Below are positions 1 through 9,641 of a DNA stretch of 64,000 bases, in pieces. A model generated the notes under the pieces. It ran no database searches. It was not told where the DNA came from and was given only the letters and a program-made list of their open reading frames with translations. The number at the start of each line of letters is the position of its first letter. The stretch's first letter is position 1. Both the position numbers and the translations under genes were made by a program. The stretch is from Leptospiraceae bacterium (GTDB lineage Bacteria; Spirochaetota; Leptospiria; Leptospirales; Leptonemataceae): NCBI GenBank assembly GCA_040217195.1, contig JAVJNR010000004.1:736001-800000 (forward strand), written 5' to 3'.

Positions 1-219
1 GCGAATCTGTCGCAACACCTCAAAGCCTGTTTGGTCTGGCAAGCCTACGTCCAGGATCACAAAGGCTGCTGGATTGGACTTCAATGCTTTCAAGCCTGCA
101 GCACCGGTATGGACCACTTCTGTGGAAAAGCCCTCCAGATCCAGGGCAATGGAAAGAGTATCTGCTATTGCAGGTTCATCTTCTACAATGAGCACTCTTC
201 CATCAAATGTCGGGGGCAT
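1..219 (-). CDS. creB: Response regulator receiver domain, CreB/OmpR-like (5' part only; runs off window start)
   Basis: Not in ORF track. Manual translation from ATG at 219: MPPTFDGRVLIVEDEPAIADTLSIALDLEGFSTEVVHTGAAGLKALKSNPAAFVILDVGLPDQTGFEVLRQIR. EDE..IADTL and ILDVGLPD..GFE resemble CreB. Overlaps the stop of the upstream gene. Confidence 0.8.
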   Translation of the reverse strand, partial: MPPTFDGRVLIVEDEPAIADTLSIALDLEGFSTEVVHTGAAGLKALKSNPAAFVILDVGLPDQTGFEVLRQIR

Positions 220-652
220 CCTTCTGACTTCCTTCGGGCACAAAGATGATTTCCCGGTAATTCTCTCCCGGGTTGACCAGAGTAAGTATCATTTCCTGAC
301 CCTGATATGCGAAATAAAGCATTCGATACTGCAAATCGACGCATTCTCCACGGCGAGCCACAAATTCGCTTCGCAGTATTCCATACACTTCCAGCCTGCA
401 TCCATTTCCAGTTAATAGACCTGTGAAGCTGAGTTCCATATGATTGTCTGGCAGCACCTTTAGTACGGTGGTACCGCTCTTCTCTTCCCAGGAGCCCTGG
501 GGCAATACAAAATAAGACGGTGTTTGAGGCTGGGCAAAAGCAGATTGAACACTTATCAAACTTGCAATCATGCAAAGAAGCAGTGTTGCAAACGAAGGAA
601 AATTTTCTGGAGACAGTCGATGCATGGACAATCCAAGTTGAGCAAAGTCCAT
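203..652 (-). CDS. Hypothetical secreted protein
   Basis: 149 aa ORF with a hydrophobic signal-like segment ending AFA-Q. Overlaps the response regulator start. True start uncertain. Confidence 0.6.
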   Translation of the reverse strand: MDFAQLGLSMHRLSPENFPSFATLLLCMIASLISVQSAFAQPQTPSYFVLPQGSWEEKSGTTVLKVLPDNHMELSFTGLLTGNGCRLEVYGILRSEFVARRGECVDLQYRMLYFAYQGQEMILTLVNPGENYREIIFVPEGSQKDAPDI

Positions 653-808
653 TTCAAGGTGAAGCTGAATTTGGCTGTGTTGTTGTTCCGTTGTAGAAAT
701 GCAGATCTGGAAATAATTCGGCTGGAATGCCTCTCATCTAAATCTATCGTTTCTGGCAGGCCAAATGGAAGCTTATGCCAGGAAAGGAAAAATGCTATAA
801 ATAGTAAG

Positions 809-1282
809 TTATCTTCTAAGATCCAGCAATATGCCTCTTACACCCTCCAGGGCTTTTAACAGTCCAAAGGCTGCATTTCGCTTGGAGCGAATCAGACCGG
901 CCATTTGATCGATTCTCTCATCCAGGACCCTTACATACCTGAGTTCAACCTTTTCCCCGGTCCCTTTTCCTTTCCTGTGAACATGCTCTACCCGGGTATT
1001 GAGTCTAAGAGTAGCACTCAGAATCTTTCGTACCAACTCTTTATAAGAAAGTAGATTTTCCTGGGATGGATGATTGAGCAACTCCTGCTCCGCCTCGGGA
1101 AGGTCGGACCAGAGACGATTCAACTCCGCCGCATCCGCATTTTCTGCAGGAAGTACTTCATTTAGAATGTCCAGAAAAGGACTGCTTTTGGGCTTACTGG
1201 AGGATCCGGCCGCACTGGCCTTCTGGCCTTTCCGGTTACCTGTTCGCTTCAGGTCATCTCCGTAATTTGTTCGAACCTGCAT
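809..1282 (-). CDS. YaaR/DUF327 family protein
   Basis: Helical pattern F.DIL...L.EAEQEL..HPS.ENLL.YKELV, ending LLKALEGVRGILLDL. Confidence 0.75.
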   Translation of the reverse strand: MQVRTNYGDDLKRTGNRKGQKASAAGSSSKPKSSPFLDILNEVLPAENADAAELNRLWSDLPEAEQELLNHPSQENLLSYKELVRKILSATLRLNTRVEHVHRKGKGTGEKVELRYVRVLDERIDQMAGLIRSKRNAAFGLLKALEGVRGILLDLRR

Positions 1283-1339
1283 GATTTCAATCTCGGTTAA
1301 TTATAGTGAAAGAAAAGCAGTGCAGCGGCGTTTGTACAG

Positions 1340-1367
1340 AAAAAAAGCGGCCCCTGAGGACCGCTTT
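1340..1367 (-). terminator. Rho-independent terminator of loa22
   Basis: Minus strand AAAGCGGTCC-TCAG-GGGCCGCTTT followed by a T run, about 25 nt after the stop. Confidence 0.85.
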
Positions 1368-1391
1368 ATTTAGCAAGAAAGGAAGAAATCC

Positions 1392-1913
1392 TTATTGCTG
1401 AGGTACGATCTTAAAAGTCACTCGACGGTTGTCCGCATCACGAGGATCGGCGTCAAGCAGCAGTTCGTCGTCTGCAACCCCTTTGTAGGTTAGCTTTTCT
1501 TTGGGGAAACCAGCTTTGATCAGCGCATCATATACGCCTTTCGCTCGCTGAGTAGAATACCAAACGTTTCCTTTTTTACCACCCATCTGATCTCGAGGTC
1601 CGATAGAGCAGGTGTGGCCAGTTACTTGTAGTACATAACCATCACCAACTTTATTCAGTGCATCTTCCAGGGGCTGTTTCAGCTCGTCTTCAATGTACTT
1701 CTGATCAGCTGCAGGAAATGCAACCGCTTTGTAACCATAGCCGTCGTTGTCTGGAGAGTACCCTAGCTGGGCCAGTCCTTTGTTAACGATATCAAGTGGG
1801 CTTCCCAGGTCGCGTGTTGAACCGGTATCCGAAGAGGACCCACAAGCTGCCAGGCTTACAACAAACAGAGACACGGAAGCAAGCTTGAGCACAGATTTCA
1901 TTTGTTTGCTCAT
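1392..1913 (-). CDS. loa22: OmpA-family peptidoglycan-binding lipoprotein, Loa22-like
   Basis: Lipobox LAAC; TGHTCSIGP...GKKGNVWYS..RA and NRRVTF; AGGAG RBS. Confidence 0.85.
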   Translation of the reverse strand: MSKQMKSVLKLASVSLFVVSLAACGSSSDTGSTRDLGSPLDIVNKGLAQLGYSPDNDGYGYKAVAFPAADQKYIEDELKQPLEDALNKVGDGYVLQVTGHTCSIGPRDQMGGKKGNVWYSTQRAKGVYDALIKAGFPKEKLTYKGVADDELLLDADPRDADNRRVTFKIVPQQ

Positions 1914-1993
1914 GGCAATACTCCTAAATTTTTGACGAAGGATGGGGGTATCGCGGCTGGTTGTAAACTACAATTTTTCCCCCGATCAAAGCA

Positions 1994-2926
1994 ATGAAGC
2001 AAGAAACATACCAATTTACCGTAGAGCCCCTCCAGGAGGGTATGCGATTGGATCAATTCCTGGCCGGAGCTCTTCAGGAGAGCTACAGCCGCAGTGAAAT
2101 TCAGAAATGGATTCTGGAAGGCCTGGTAACGGTCGATGGTCAGTTGATTTCGGAAAGATCCCGGAAACTGTCGCAAAACCAACACATTGAGGCCACTCCC
2201 AGGGTACTTCCAGAGAATTCGCAGGAGCAAGTTCACCTGGATTTTGATGTAATCTTCGAAGATAAGCACCTGGCAGTGCTACATAAGCCGGCCGGTATCG
2301 CCGTACATCCAGGGCCCGGGGACTCTTCTATCACATTATTGCATGGAATACTGCACCGTTGGCCGTCCCTGAAAGGCCAGGGCAGTCGACCAGGCATTGT
2401 ACATCGGCTGGATAAACCTACAGAAGGGATCTTGCTCATTGCCCTGGATTCGGAGGTGCAATGGAAGCTTTCCCGTCTATTCCAGGAAAGAAAGGTGGAT
2501 AAGCGATATGTAGCCTATCTGCTCAGCACTCCCTCAGAAATGGAGGGCCGGCTGGAATTCCCTCTCATTCGGGATCGGGTGGACCGGAGAAAACGAACGG
2601 TACATTCTTCCGGCCGAGATGCAACAACGCTATATAAGGTCACCGATATCTACAAAACCCGAAGGGGCCGAAAACTTTGCAGAGTGGAAATCGATCTAAT
2701 CACCGGCAGGACTCATCAGATTCGAGCCCATTTTGCGCACATTGGTTGTCCCGTGGTAGGGGATGATCTTTATTCCCGAAGCTCCAGGGAGTTTTCTCGT
2801 TTTGGAATGCTACTTCTCTCCGCTCATCTAGGTTTTGAGCATCCGGTTACCGGAAAGAGAATGGAATTCGATCTGGAGGAACCGGAAAGATTCCAGGAGT
2901 TTGCCCGAAAGGCAGAATTCTATTGA
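1994..2926 (+). CDS. rluD: RluA-family pseudouridine synthase with S4 domain
   Basis: RLDQFL S4 domain; KPAG..VHP, GIVHRLDK, TGRTHQIRAH, GDDLY. Confidence 0.93.
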   Translation: MKQETYQFTVEPLQEGMRLDQFLAGALQESYSRSEIQKWILEGLVTVDGQLISERSRKLSQNQHIEATPRVLPENSQEQVHLDFDVIFEDKHLAVLHKPAGIAVHPGPGDSSITLLHGILHRWPSLKGQGSRPGIVHRLDKPTEGILLIALDSEVQWKLSRLFQERKVDKRYVAYLLSTPSEMEGRLEFPLIRDRVDRRKRTVHSSGRDATTLYKVTDIYKTRRGRKLCRVEIDLITGRTHQIRAHFAHIGCPVVGDDLYSRSSREFSRFGMLLLSAHLGFEHPVTGKRMEFDLEEPERFQEFARKAEFY

Positions 2927-3014
2927 GTTTATCCTTTTTAGAGCCGTAGCAATCTTTAACCACTATCTTGGCCGCAGATAAATAGGATCCAGGAATGGAT
3001 CCAGGGGAGTTTTC

Positions 3015-3263
3015 ATGTCATTTGAACCAGCGATTCCACAAAAGAAACCATATGTCCTGGAAGGACAGGAAGGAGAAAAGAAGGCCTGGTGTAGTTGTGG
3101 CCTTTCGGATAAGCAGCCGTTCTGCGATGGATCCCATGCCAGACAGGGAACGGGAATGAGTCCGAAGGTAGTAGTTTGTGAAAAGTCCGGCAAACAGGCC
3201 TGGTGTGGATGCAAGCGAACCGGAAATCCTCCTTTCTGCGACGGTAGCCACAATTCTCTCTGA
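3015..3263 (+). CDS. CDGSH iron-sulfur protein with two CDGSH motifs (CISD3/MiNT-like)
   Basis: WCSCGLSDKQPFCDGSH and WCGCKRTGNPPFCDGSH; GGGAG RBS. Confidence 0.93.
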   Translation: MSFEPAIPQKKPYVLEGQEGEKKAWCSCGLSDKQPFCDGSHARQGTGMSPKVVVCEKSGKQAWCGCKRTGNPPFCDGSHNSL

Positions 3264-3595
3264 TGTGTCATAGTGCAATCCTGGCCTTTTGAAAGATCTT
3301 TCCTTCTAGCAACACAGGGCCTGGCGATTATTCCGGAATTTCATCTCCGTTGTTCGATCCGCACAGTGTATCCAAAACGCTACAGTATGGATCTTTAATC
3401 CACGGCAAAATGCATCATCCTGACACTTTAGCCAGTTTAATAAATAAATGCGATTGGATCTCAAAGGCCTTCAAAGCCCTGTTTGAAGGCAATATTCTTC
3501 GGTACACGGGTCCGGCTGCATGATTTTCAGGATAATTCGGGCTTACCAGCCTCTGGGTACGGTTCTTGCTTTAGTATGCTTATCAGGAGATACAC

Positions 3596-4537
3596 ATGAT
3601 GACGCATCCTGCAGAAATAGTAAGACCTACAGACAGAATCGGGCGAATGAACCGAGCTACGATGGCAAGGCCGGTGATTATAGAAGGCACCGGGATTCAT
3701 AGCGGAGAAACCGGACAAATCGTTCTAAAGCCCGCAGAGGCCGGTACAGGCCTGATTTTTAAGGGTACGGGCAGCCGAATAGGCGATATTCCGGTGAGCC
3801 CATTTTACGCTCAGGATGGCATTCAGGCCGTAACCCTGGGAAATCGGCACTGGCAAATTAAGACTGTGGAGCATCTGCTCTGTGCCATGGCTGCAGCAGG
3901 GGTTTCTGACTGTATCATGGAAACCACAATGTCCGAGGTTCCCATTCTGGATGGCTCTTCTCAGCCTTTCTACGATCTAATCATGGAAGCCGGAGTGCAG
4001 GACCTGGATGAGCCCATGGAACCACTTAAGCTCTCCAATCCAGTCTGGGTCATTGAAAATGACCGATACGTAGTAGCCCTCCCCTCCGAAGAATTTAAAG
4101 TAACTTATACCATCGACTATCCCCATCCCATGCTGCGGGGGCAGACCATGACCATGGCTCTGAACGCAGAAAACCTCATCGAAGATATACTTCCAGCAAG
4201 AACCTTTGGCTTCCTGAAGGATGTAGAAGAACTAAGAAAAAGAGGCCTGATCCAGGGCGGATCTCTGGATAATGCCGTTGTACTTACAGAAGACGGCTAT
4301 TTGAACGATGACCTTCGTTTTGAAGATGAATGCATTAGACACAAGATTCTGGACCTGGTAGGAGATCTGTACCTCCTGGGTCGTCCGCTGAAGGCTCATA
4401 TTGTGGCTTTCCGGGCGGGACATAGCCTGGATATTTCTCTGGGCAAAAAAATTCAGACCAGAATTGCTATGGATGAGCTGGCTTCTAGAAAAGAGCGGAT
4501 TGAGCAAGCTCAAGTGTCTGTTTCCGGGCGTATCTGA
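3596..4537 (+). CDS. lpxC: UDP-3-O-acyl-N-acetylglucosamine deacetylase
   Basis: GIHSG, TVEHL, EVPILDGSS, ARTFGF, HKILDLVGDL, AGH. Confidence 0.96.
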   Translation: MMTHPAEIVRPTDRIGRMNRATMARPVIIEGTGIHSGETGQIVLKPAEAGTGLIFKGTGSRIGDIPVSPFYAQDGIQAVTLGNRHWQIKTVEHLLCAMAAAGVSDCIMETTMSEVPILDGSSQPFYDLIMEAGVQDLDEPMEPLKLSNPVWVIENDRYVVALPSEEFKVTYTIDYPHPMLRGQTMTMALNAENLIEDILPARTFGFLKDVEELRKRGLIQGGSLDNAVVLTEDGYLNDDLRFEDECIRHKILDLVGDLYLLGRPLKAHIVAFRAGHSLDISLGKKIQTRIAMDELASRKERIEQAQVSVSGRI

Positions 4538-4804
4538 TCGCATTTCCAGCCTCCGGGGGCTTTCAGGCCCCCGCATCTGAAACAGAGAATTCGGCAGCAC
4601 CAAAAAATATAGCTGCCTACTCTATTGAATATAGTTCATCCAATTTGTATTGACACTCCCCTGAAAGGCCGACAATAAAAGCAGCGCCTCCAGGAGTTCT
4701 GGATACCTGTACGGTATTCTGCCTCTTTGAAGCGAAAACAGGTGTCTCATGCACGGTTGACGATTTACCACGTCGTCAACGGAGTGAAACAGGGGAGAGC
4801 AACA

Positions 4805-7800
4805 GTGGCCACCGGCGATTTTCTATTTGATCTAAACATCTATTTCAACTTCTTCAGCTTTGGAACACTCCTGGCTGTGGTCTTTACCGGATTTCTATCC
4901 GTATTTCTTCTGACTCTGCCCAACAAGTCCAAAGGCACAATGCACCTGGGCCTGGCGTTCTTTTTCTTCGCACTGTTCAGCCTTGGATACTTCCTGGCTG
5001 CTATGTACTATGCTCCGGAAGCGGCATGGCACAGATATTTCACACTTGGATGGGTAGGACCTGCATTTATCCATCTGGCTCAATGGGTACGAAAATTCCC
5101 CAGAGACCATCATCCGAAGGCATCTCGGATTCTCGGAATAGTGCAATGGGCCGGCTGGATTGGCCTGATGACCTACTTCATCTACGTTACGCAACAGGCC
5201 GACTACAAGTATCACTTTACCGGACACTACTGGGACTTCGATGCAGAATTCGCCAGTAAGATCGGCTCCTATTTTATTATCCTCTACCTTCTGATCTTTG
5301 TTGGTATTAGTATTGGTCGTATTATTCGGGTCCAGGGAACTCAGACCAAGCTTGCCATTACCGCTATCCTGTTTGCTGTTCTTGCCGGTGCCATCCCTCC
5401 TTCTTCGCTGAATACCCTCAGTCGGGACGGTAGTGTCGATCGCGGAATATTCCTGATTAGCCTGGTATTCTGTACCGTAATTGCCTTTTTCCTCATTGTA
5501 GTAATCTATACGAACACCACGAAGGACCGTACCACCTTCATGGCAAAGATTGTTGGTATTACTCTGGTTACCTTTCTTCTGGTTCTGCAGGGACTTAGTT
5601 ACTTCTTCGTGGAAGATAAAGAAAACCAGTACAATGAATTAAGACTGGAGTACGCGAAACGGGCCCTGGAAGGAGGTGCAATCAATGAAAGCATTCAATA
5701 CATTGCGCGAATTCCCATGCACCGGCAAACCCAGGAACAGGCAGAAGCCAATCCGAATGGTAAGCTGGATCTGTACTATACCTCCGATGAATACTTCAAT
5801 ACTCCGCCGGAGAAAAGAATCGATTTCGAGCTGGCCAAAAGTGACTTCTTGAACACTGCACTCTATCAAGAAATCAAGTCTATGCCAGATACTGGATTTG
5901 AAGCGTCGCTGGAAGAAGAGCTAAGCCTCATGCCGTCAACCTTCGATGGATACAAAAAGTCCATTCGCACTTATCTACAGAACTACAATGGCACGGCGCC
6001 TGAGAAAAAGCAGGCATTGCTGGACCATATCAATGAGCTGAACCAGCTGGCCTTTGTAAACTCCAACCGAATCAGCTACATTCATAGAGACAATTTCCGG
6101 GAGAACCTGGAGAATTATCTGCCAAAGACCAAAGAAGCTTTTGCGCCGTTCTCGGAAGAAATCAAGGATTACCTTAAGAAGAATCCAGCCCTGGACGGAG
6201 ACGAGCTAAAGGAGAAAGTGCTGGTTTTTCTCAGTCCTTTTAAGGCAGAAGAAACCAGACACTACAGAAAGAGCCGGGACGGTCAGAAGCATTTTGTCTC
6301 GTACATTATCTACAACGAGAAGGAGCACGTGGCTTACGAAACAGGCTATTCCTACACCGCCTATCGTATCTTCATGCATCCGTCTTCCTATAAGCAGAGC
6401 CTGATATTATTTGGACTTCTGATCATTGTACTTGGACTGTTCCCACTCTTCTTTCGCGGAAGTCTGGTAAGCCCACTAAACAATCTACTGGATGGTGTCC
6501 GTAAGGTAAACAGTGGAGACCTGGAAGTGAAGGTTCCAATTCATGTTCAGGATGAGATTGGCTTTCTGGCAGATTCCTTTAATAACATGGTTAGTTCCAT
6601 TCGCGAAGCAAGGGATAAGTTACAGGATTATGCCAACAACCTGGAAGACAAAGTAAAGGAACGAACTGCAGAACTAAATCAGACTCTGGAAGAAGTGCAG
6701 AAGCTAAAGTCTCAGCAGGACGGGGACTACTTTCTCACATCCTTGCTTGCCAAACCGCTTAACTTCAATGCCAACAAGTCGGACTCCGTTCAGACAGACT
6801 TCCTTCTGGAACAGAAGAAGAAATTCGAATTTCGTAACAAAAGCGCCGACCTGGGTGGAGACATCTGTGTAACCGGTAACCTTCGTTTTGGTAACGAAGA
6901 ACAGTTCCGCCGCTATGTTGTAGCTGTTAACGGCGATGCAATGGGTAAATCCATGCAGGGAGCCGGAGGGGCCATTGTAATGGGAGTTGTGGTAAACTCC
7001 ATTATGGCTCGTTCTGCCCGGCATGACCGAATCCTGGATTATACTCCTGAACAATGGCTAACCGAATTCTACGAAGAACTTCAGGGAGTTTTTCTGGCCT
7101 TCAATGGCTCAATGGCCATCTCCGCAGTGGTAAGCGTAATCGATGAAGATACGGGGGAGATGTGGTATTTCAACGCCGAGCACCCCTATACCATTCTATA
7201 TAGAAACGGTAAGGCCAGTTTCATTGAAGAAGAGTTGCTTCTCAGAAAAATTGGTCTGGAGTCAGACATCCCGTTTGAAGTCCAGAGGTTCCAGCTGGAA
7301 CCAGGTGACGTTATCATCATGGGCTCTGACGGTAGGGATGATATTGATCTGTCCCCTGGTTCTGAGATTCGAGACATCAATGAAGATGAGTATCTAATTC
7401 TTCGCACGGTTGAATCAGCGGATGCTGACCTGGCGCGAATCCAGGCGGAAACAGAAAAGAATGGAGAATTGACGGATGACCTGTCCCTGCTTCGTCTGGG
7501 ATTTCGGGAATCCAGCGTAAGTCGTTCTTCCGCTTCCCTTCTGGAAGATCCCGAGCGCCAGATCATTGAAATAGATGCCTACGATACGGAACTGGCAGAA
7601 AGCGAGTTTGAAGAACTTTTCCATAAGGGCCGATCCCTGGCCCGGGAAGGTAGCTCCGAAGAAGCACTGAAGCTTCTCAAGCAGGCCTATGATCTGAAAA
7701 AGAACGAACCAGCCTTGAATAAGATTCTGGCCGTTCTCACCTTTAAAGGTAAGGAATATCAAACCGCAGTAGATGTTCTGGAAAAATACCTGGAACACGA

Positions 7801-8059
7801 TCCTAACATTGAAGACTTCTGGCTCTACCTTAGCATTGCGCATAAGCGCACCGGAAACTACGACAAAGCTCTGGAAGCCGCAGATAAGGTATTTGAACTC
7901 AATCCACAGAGGGTGCCAAATCTGATTCAATTGAGTGATCTGCATGCTAAACTGGGAAATGCAGGGCGAGCTAGAATATTTGCAGAGAAAGCCCTGGACC
8001 TGGAACCAGATAATCGCCAGGCTCAGCAAATGATGGAGAGCCTTTCGGCCAGAACTTGA
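4805..8059 (+). CDS. Membrane SpoIIE/PP2C-family phosphatase with multi-TM N-terminus, HAMP and C-terminal TPRs
   Basis: About 8 TM helices; HAMP (DEIGFLADSFNNM); GGD, GDAMGKS, NAEHP, SDG, DDLS motifs; TPRs. Probable GTG start at 4805 after GGGGAG (ORF track start 4727). Confidence 0.9.
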   Translation: MATGDFLFDLNIYFNFFSFGTLLAVVFTGFLSVFLLTLPNKSKGTMHLGLAFFFFALFSLGYFLAAMYYAPEAAWHRYFTLGWVGPAFIHLAQWVRKFPRDHHPKASRILGIVQWAGWIGLMTYFIYVTQQADYKYHFTGHYWDFDAEFASKIGSYFIILYLLIFVGISIGRIIRVQGTQTKLAITAILFAVLAGAIPPSSLNTLSRDGSVDRGIFLISLVFCTVIAFFLIVVIYTNTTKDRTTFMAKIVGITLVTFLLVLQGLSYFFVEDKENQYNELRLEYAKRALEGGAINESIQYIARIPMHRQTQEQAEANPNGKLDLYYTSDEYFNTPPEKRIDFELAKSDFLNTALYQEIKSMPDTGFEASLEEELSLMPSTFDGYKKSIRTYLQNYNGTAPEKKQALLDHINELNQLAFVNSNRISYIHRDNFRENLENYLPKTKEAFAPFSEEIKDYLKKNPALDGDELKEKVLVFLSPFKAEETRHYRKSRDGQKHFVSYIIYNEKEHVAYETGYSYTAYRIFMHPSSYKQSLILFGLLIIVLGLFPLFFRGSLVSPLNNLLDGVRKVNSGDLEVKVPIHVQDEIGFLADSFNNMVSSIREARDKLQDYANNLEDKVKERTAELNQTLEEVQKLKSQQDGDYFLTSLLAKPLNFNANKSDSVQTDFLLEQKKKFEFRNKSADLGGDICVTGNLRFGNEEQFRRYVVAVNGDAMGKSMQGAGGAIVMGVVVNSIMARSARHDRILDYTPEQWLTEFYEELQGVFLAFNGSMAISAVVSVIDEDTGEMWYFNAEHPYTILYRNGKASFIEEELLLRKIGLESDIPFEVQRFQLEPGDVIIMGSDGRDDIDLSPGSEIRDINEDEYLILRTVESADADLARIQAETEKNGELTDDLSLLRLGFRESSVSRSSASLLEDPERQIIEIDAYDTELAESEFEELFHKGRSLAREGSSEEALKLLKQAYDLKKNEPALNKILAVLTFKGKEYQTAVDVLEKYLEHDPNIEDFWLYLSIAHKRTGNYDKALEAADKVFELNPQRVPNLIQLSDLHAKLGNAGRARIFAEKALDLEPDNRQAQQMMESLSART

Positions 8060-8108
8060 GTTGCACCAGCCGGTGCCCTAACTCTGGGAAAATTTTCAAG
8101 GAGAGCAA

Positions 8109-9425
8109 ATGTCTATTCGACTGGATTCAGTAATACAGAGGATTCGCGGAATTGAACGCGAAGTGGATGAACTGACAAGACTGAAAGACAAATTGCCTCT
8201 GGAGCGCCCCTACTCCGGTACACTTCAGGTAGCTTTCGATAAGTCCATAAATGACCTGCTGAACGAAAAGCTGGGCCTGGAACAACTGGAGATCGATGCT
8301 CCATCCGAGGAACTAATCAATGAAGTGCTCTCTGTGGATATGGCCACAGCTTCTCGAATCAGAGTCGATCGTGAAAAACCAGAAGCAGAGCTCACTGCAA
8401 AAGAAGAGAAAGTTAAAGAATTCCTTCGAAAGATTCCCAAAACAGAAATTCATCTTCATATGGAGGCCTGTATCAGTCGGGAAACGTTGATGGGTGTTCT
8501 GGATCATAACAAAGAGGAATATGATCCAGAAGAAGTGGAAAAGCTGTATCAGTTCTCGAATCTACAGGAATTCATCAAGCTCTTCCTGTTCATTATAGAT
8601 TCCATCAAGCAACCGGATGATTTTGAACTAATCTTTAATAATCTCAGGACTTACATGGAGAAAAACTCGGTAACCTATGCCGAAGTCTTTTATGCTCCTT
8701 CCCGTCTGGTTCAAAACGGCCTGGATTTTAATGAGGTGGCCCAGACCCTCGATAGACTGTCGCGGGACTGCAGACTGGAAGGTGGACCTGACATTCGCTA
8801 TCTGGTGGATGTCTCCAGGACCTTTGGAGCAGAAAATGCCAGCAAGAATCTTCAGAGGGTTCTAAAAGCAAAATGCAACAGCCATATTGGAATTGGCCTT
8901 GGTGGTGCAGAACTAATGGGCCCCGCCCGTGACTTCAAGGATGTATTCGCCCAGGCTCAGGCAGAGGGACTCTTTCGCGTGGCCCATGCAGGGGAAGACG
9001 ACGGCCCCTGGTCTGTACGCGATGCAGTAGAAATACTCAAGGTTCAGAGAGTTGGCCATGGAACCAGCGTGATTCAGGATCCTTCCCTGATGGAGCTAAT
9101 CAAAGAGAAACAAATCCCTATTGAAATCTGCCTAACTTCCAATATTTTCACTGGAAAATACGTGCGCCAGGAAAAAGACCATCCGGTAAGAAGATACTAT
9201 GACGATGGACTGGTTTGCACTATCAATACGGATGATCCGGAGATCTTTAACGTAGATCTTTCCGAAGAGTATTTTAAGTTCTACAAACATCTGGACTTCA
9301 GTATTCCTGAGCTTGTGGATCTGGTGCGCCAGGGAGTCTATTCCACTTTCCACAATGAACCGGCCAAGATCTGGAAAGGCTTCGAAAAGCAAATTCAGAC
9401 ATTGAGAAATGAATATCAGCTCTAA
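8109..9425 (+). CDS. add: Adenosine-deaminase-family amidohydrolase with about 100 aa N-terminal extension; probable cAMP deaminase (CadD-like)
   Basis: PKTEIHLH, HAGE, RVGHG, EICLTSN, INTDDP; coiled-coil N-terminal extension. Confidence 0.9.
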   Translation: MSIRLDSVIQRIRGIEREVDELTRLKDKLPLERPYSGTLQVAFDKSINDLLNEKLGLEQLEIDAPSEELINEVLSVDMATASRIRVDREKPEAELTAKEEKVKEFLRKIPKTEIHLHMEACISRETLMGVLDHNKEEYDPEEVEKLYQFSNLQEFIKLFLFIIDSIKQPDDFELIFNNLRTYMEKNSVTYAEVFYAPSRLVQNGLDFNEVAQTLDRLSRDCRLEGGPDIRYLVDVSRTFGAENASKNLQRVLKAKCNSHIGIGLGGAELMGPARDFKDVFAQAQAEGLFRVAHAGEDDGPWSVRDAVEILKVQRVGHGTSVIQDPSLMELIKEKQIPIEICLTSNIFTGKYVRQEKDHPVRRYYDDGLVCTINTDDPEIFNVDLSEEYFKFYKHLDFSIPELVDLVRQGVYSTFHNEPAKIWKGFEKQIQTLRNEYQL

Positions 9426-9641
9426 GGCTGAACGTTCAAAGTTAACAGTCAGGTTTTTCTGCTGAAATCAGAGAGAATAAAATCTCAAAGCAGATACCAC
9501 TGTACTACCTGAACAATAAACGTTACGAATCGTATTGTCTGCCTTTGAACAAAGGTAGGCACATTTCTCTCAGTTCAAAAATAATACGAATCCCTGCGAC
9601 TTAAATTGAGTCTAACCATACCACCCGGCTGGTAGAATCAA

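Noticed and set aside
4554..4573. Intrinsic terminator after lpxC
   Set aside because: GC hairpin CGGGGGC/GCCCCCG is present but has no U-tract on either side, so its function is uncertain
7415..8029. Long antisense or alternate-frame ORFs (e.g. 7415-8029, 21754-22362, 53842-54480, 55784-56476)
   Set aside because: They overlap well-supported genes and have no motifs of their own; treated as shadow ORFs
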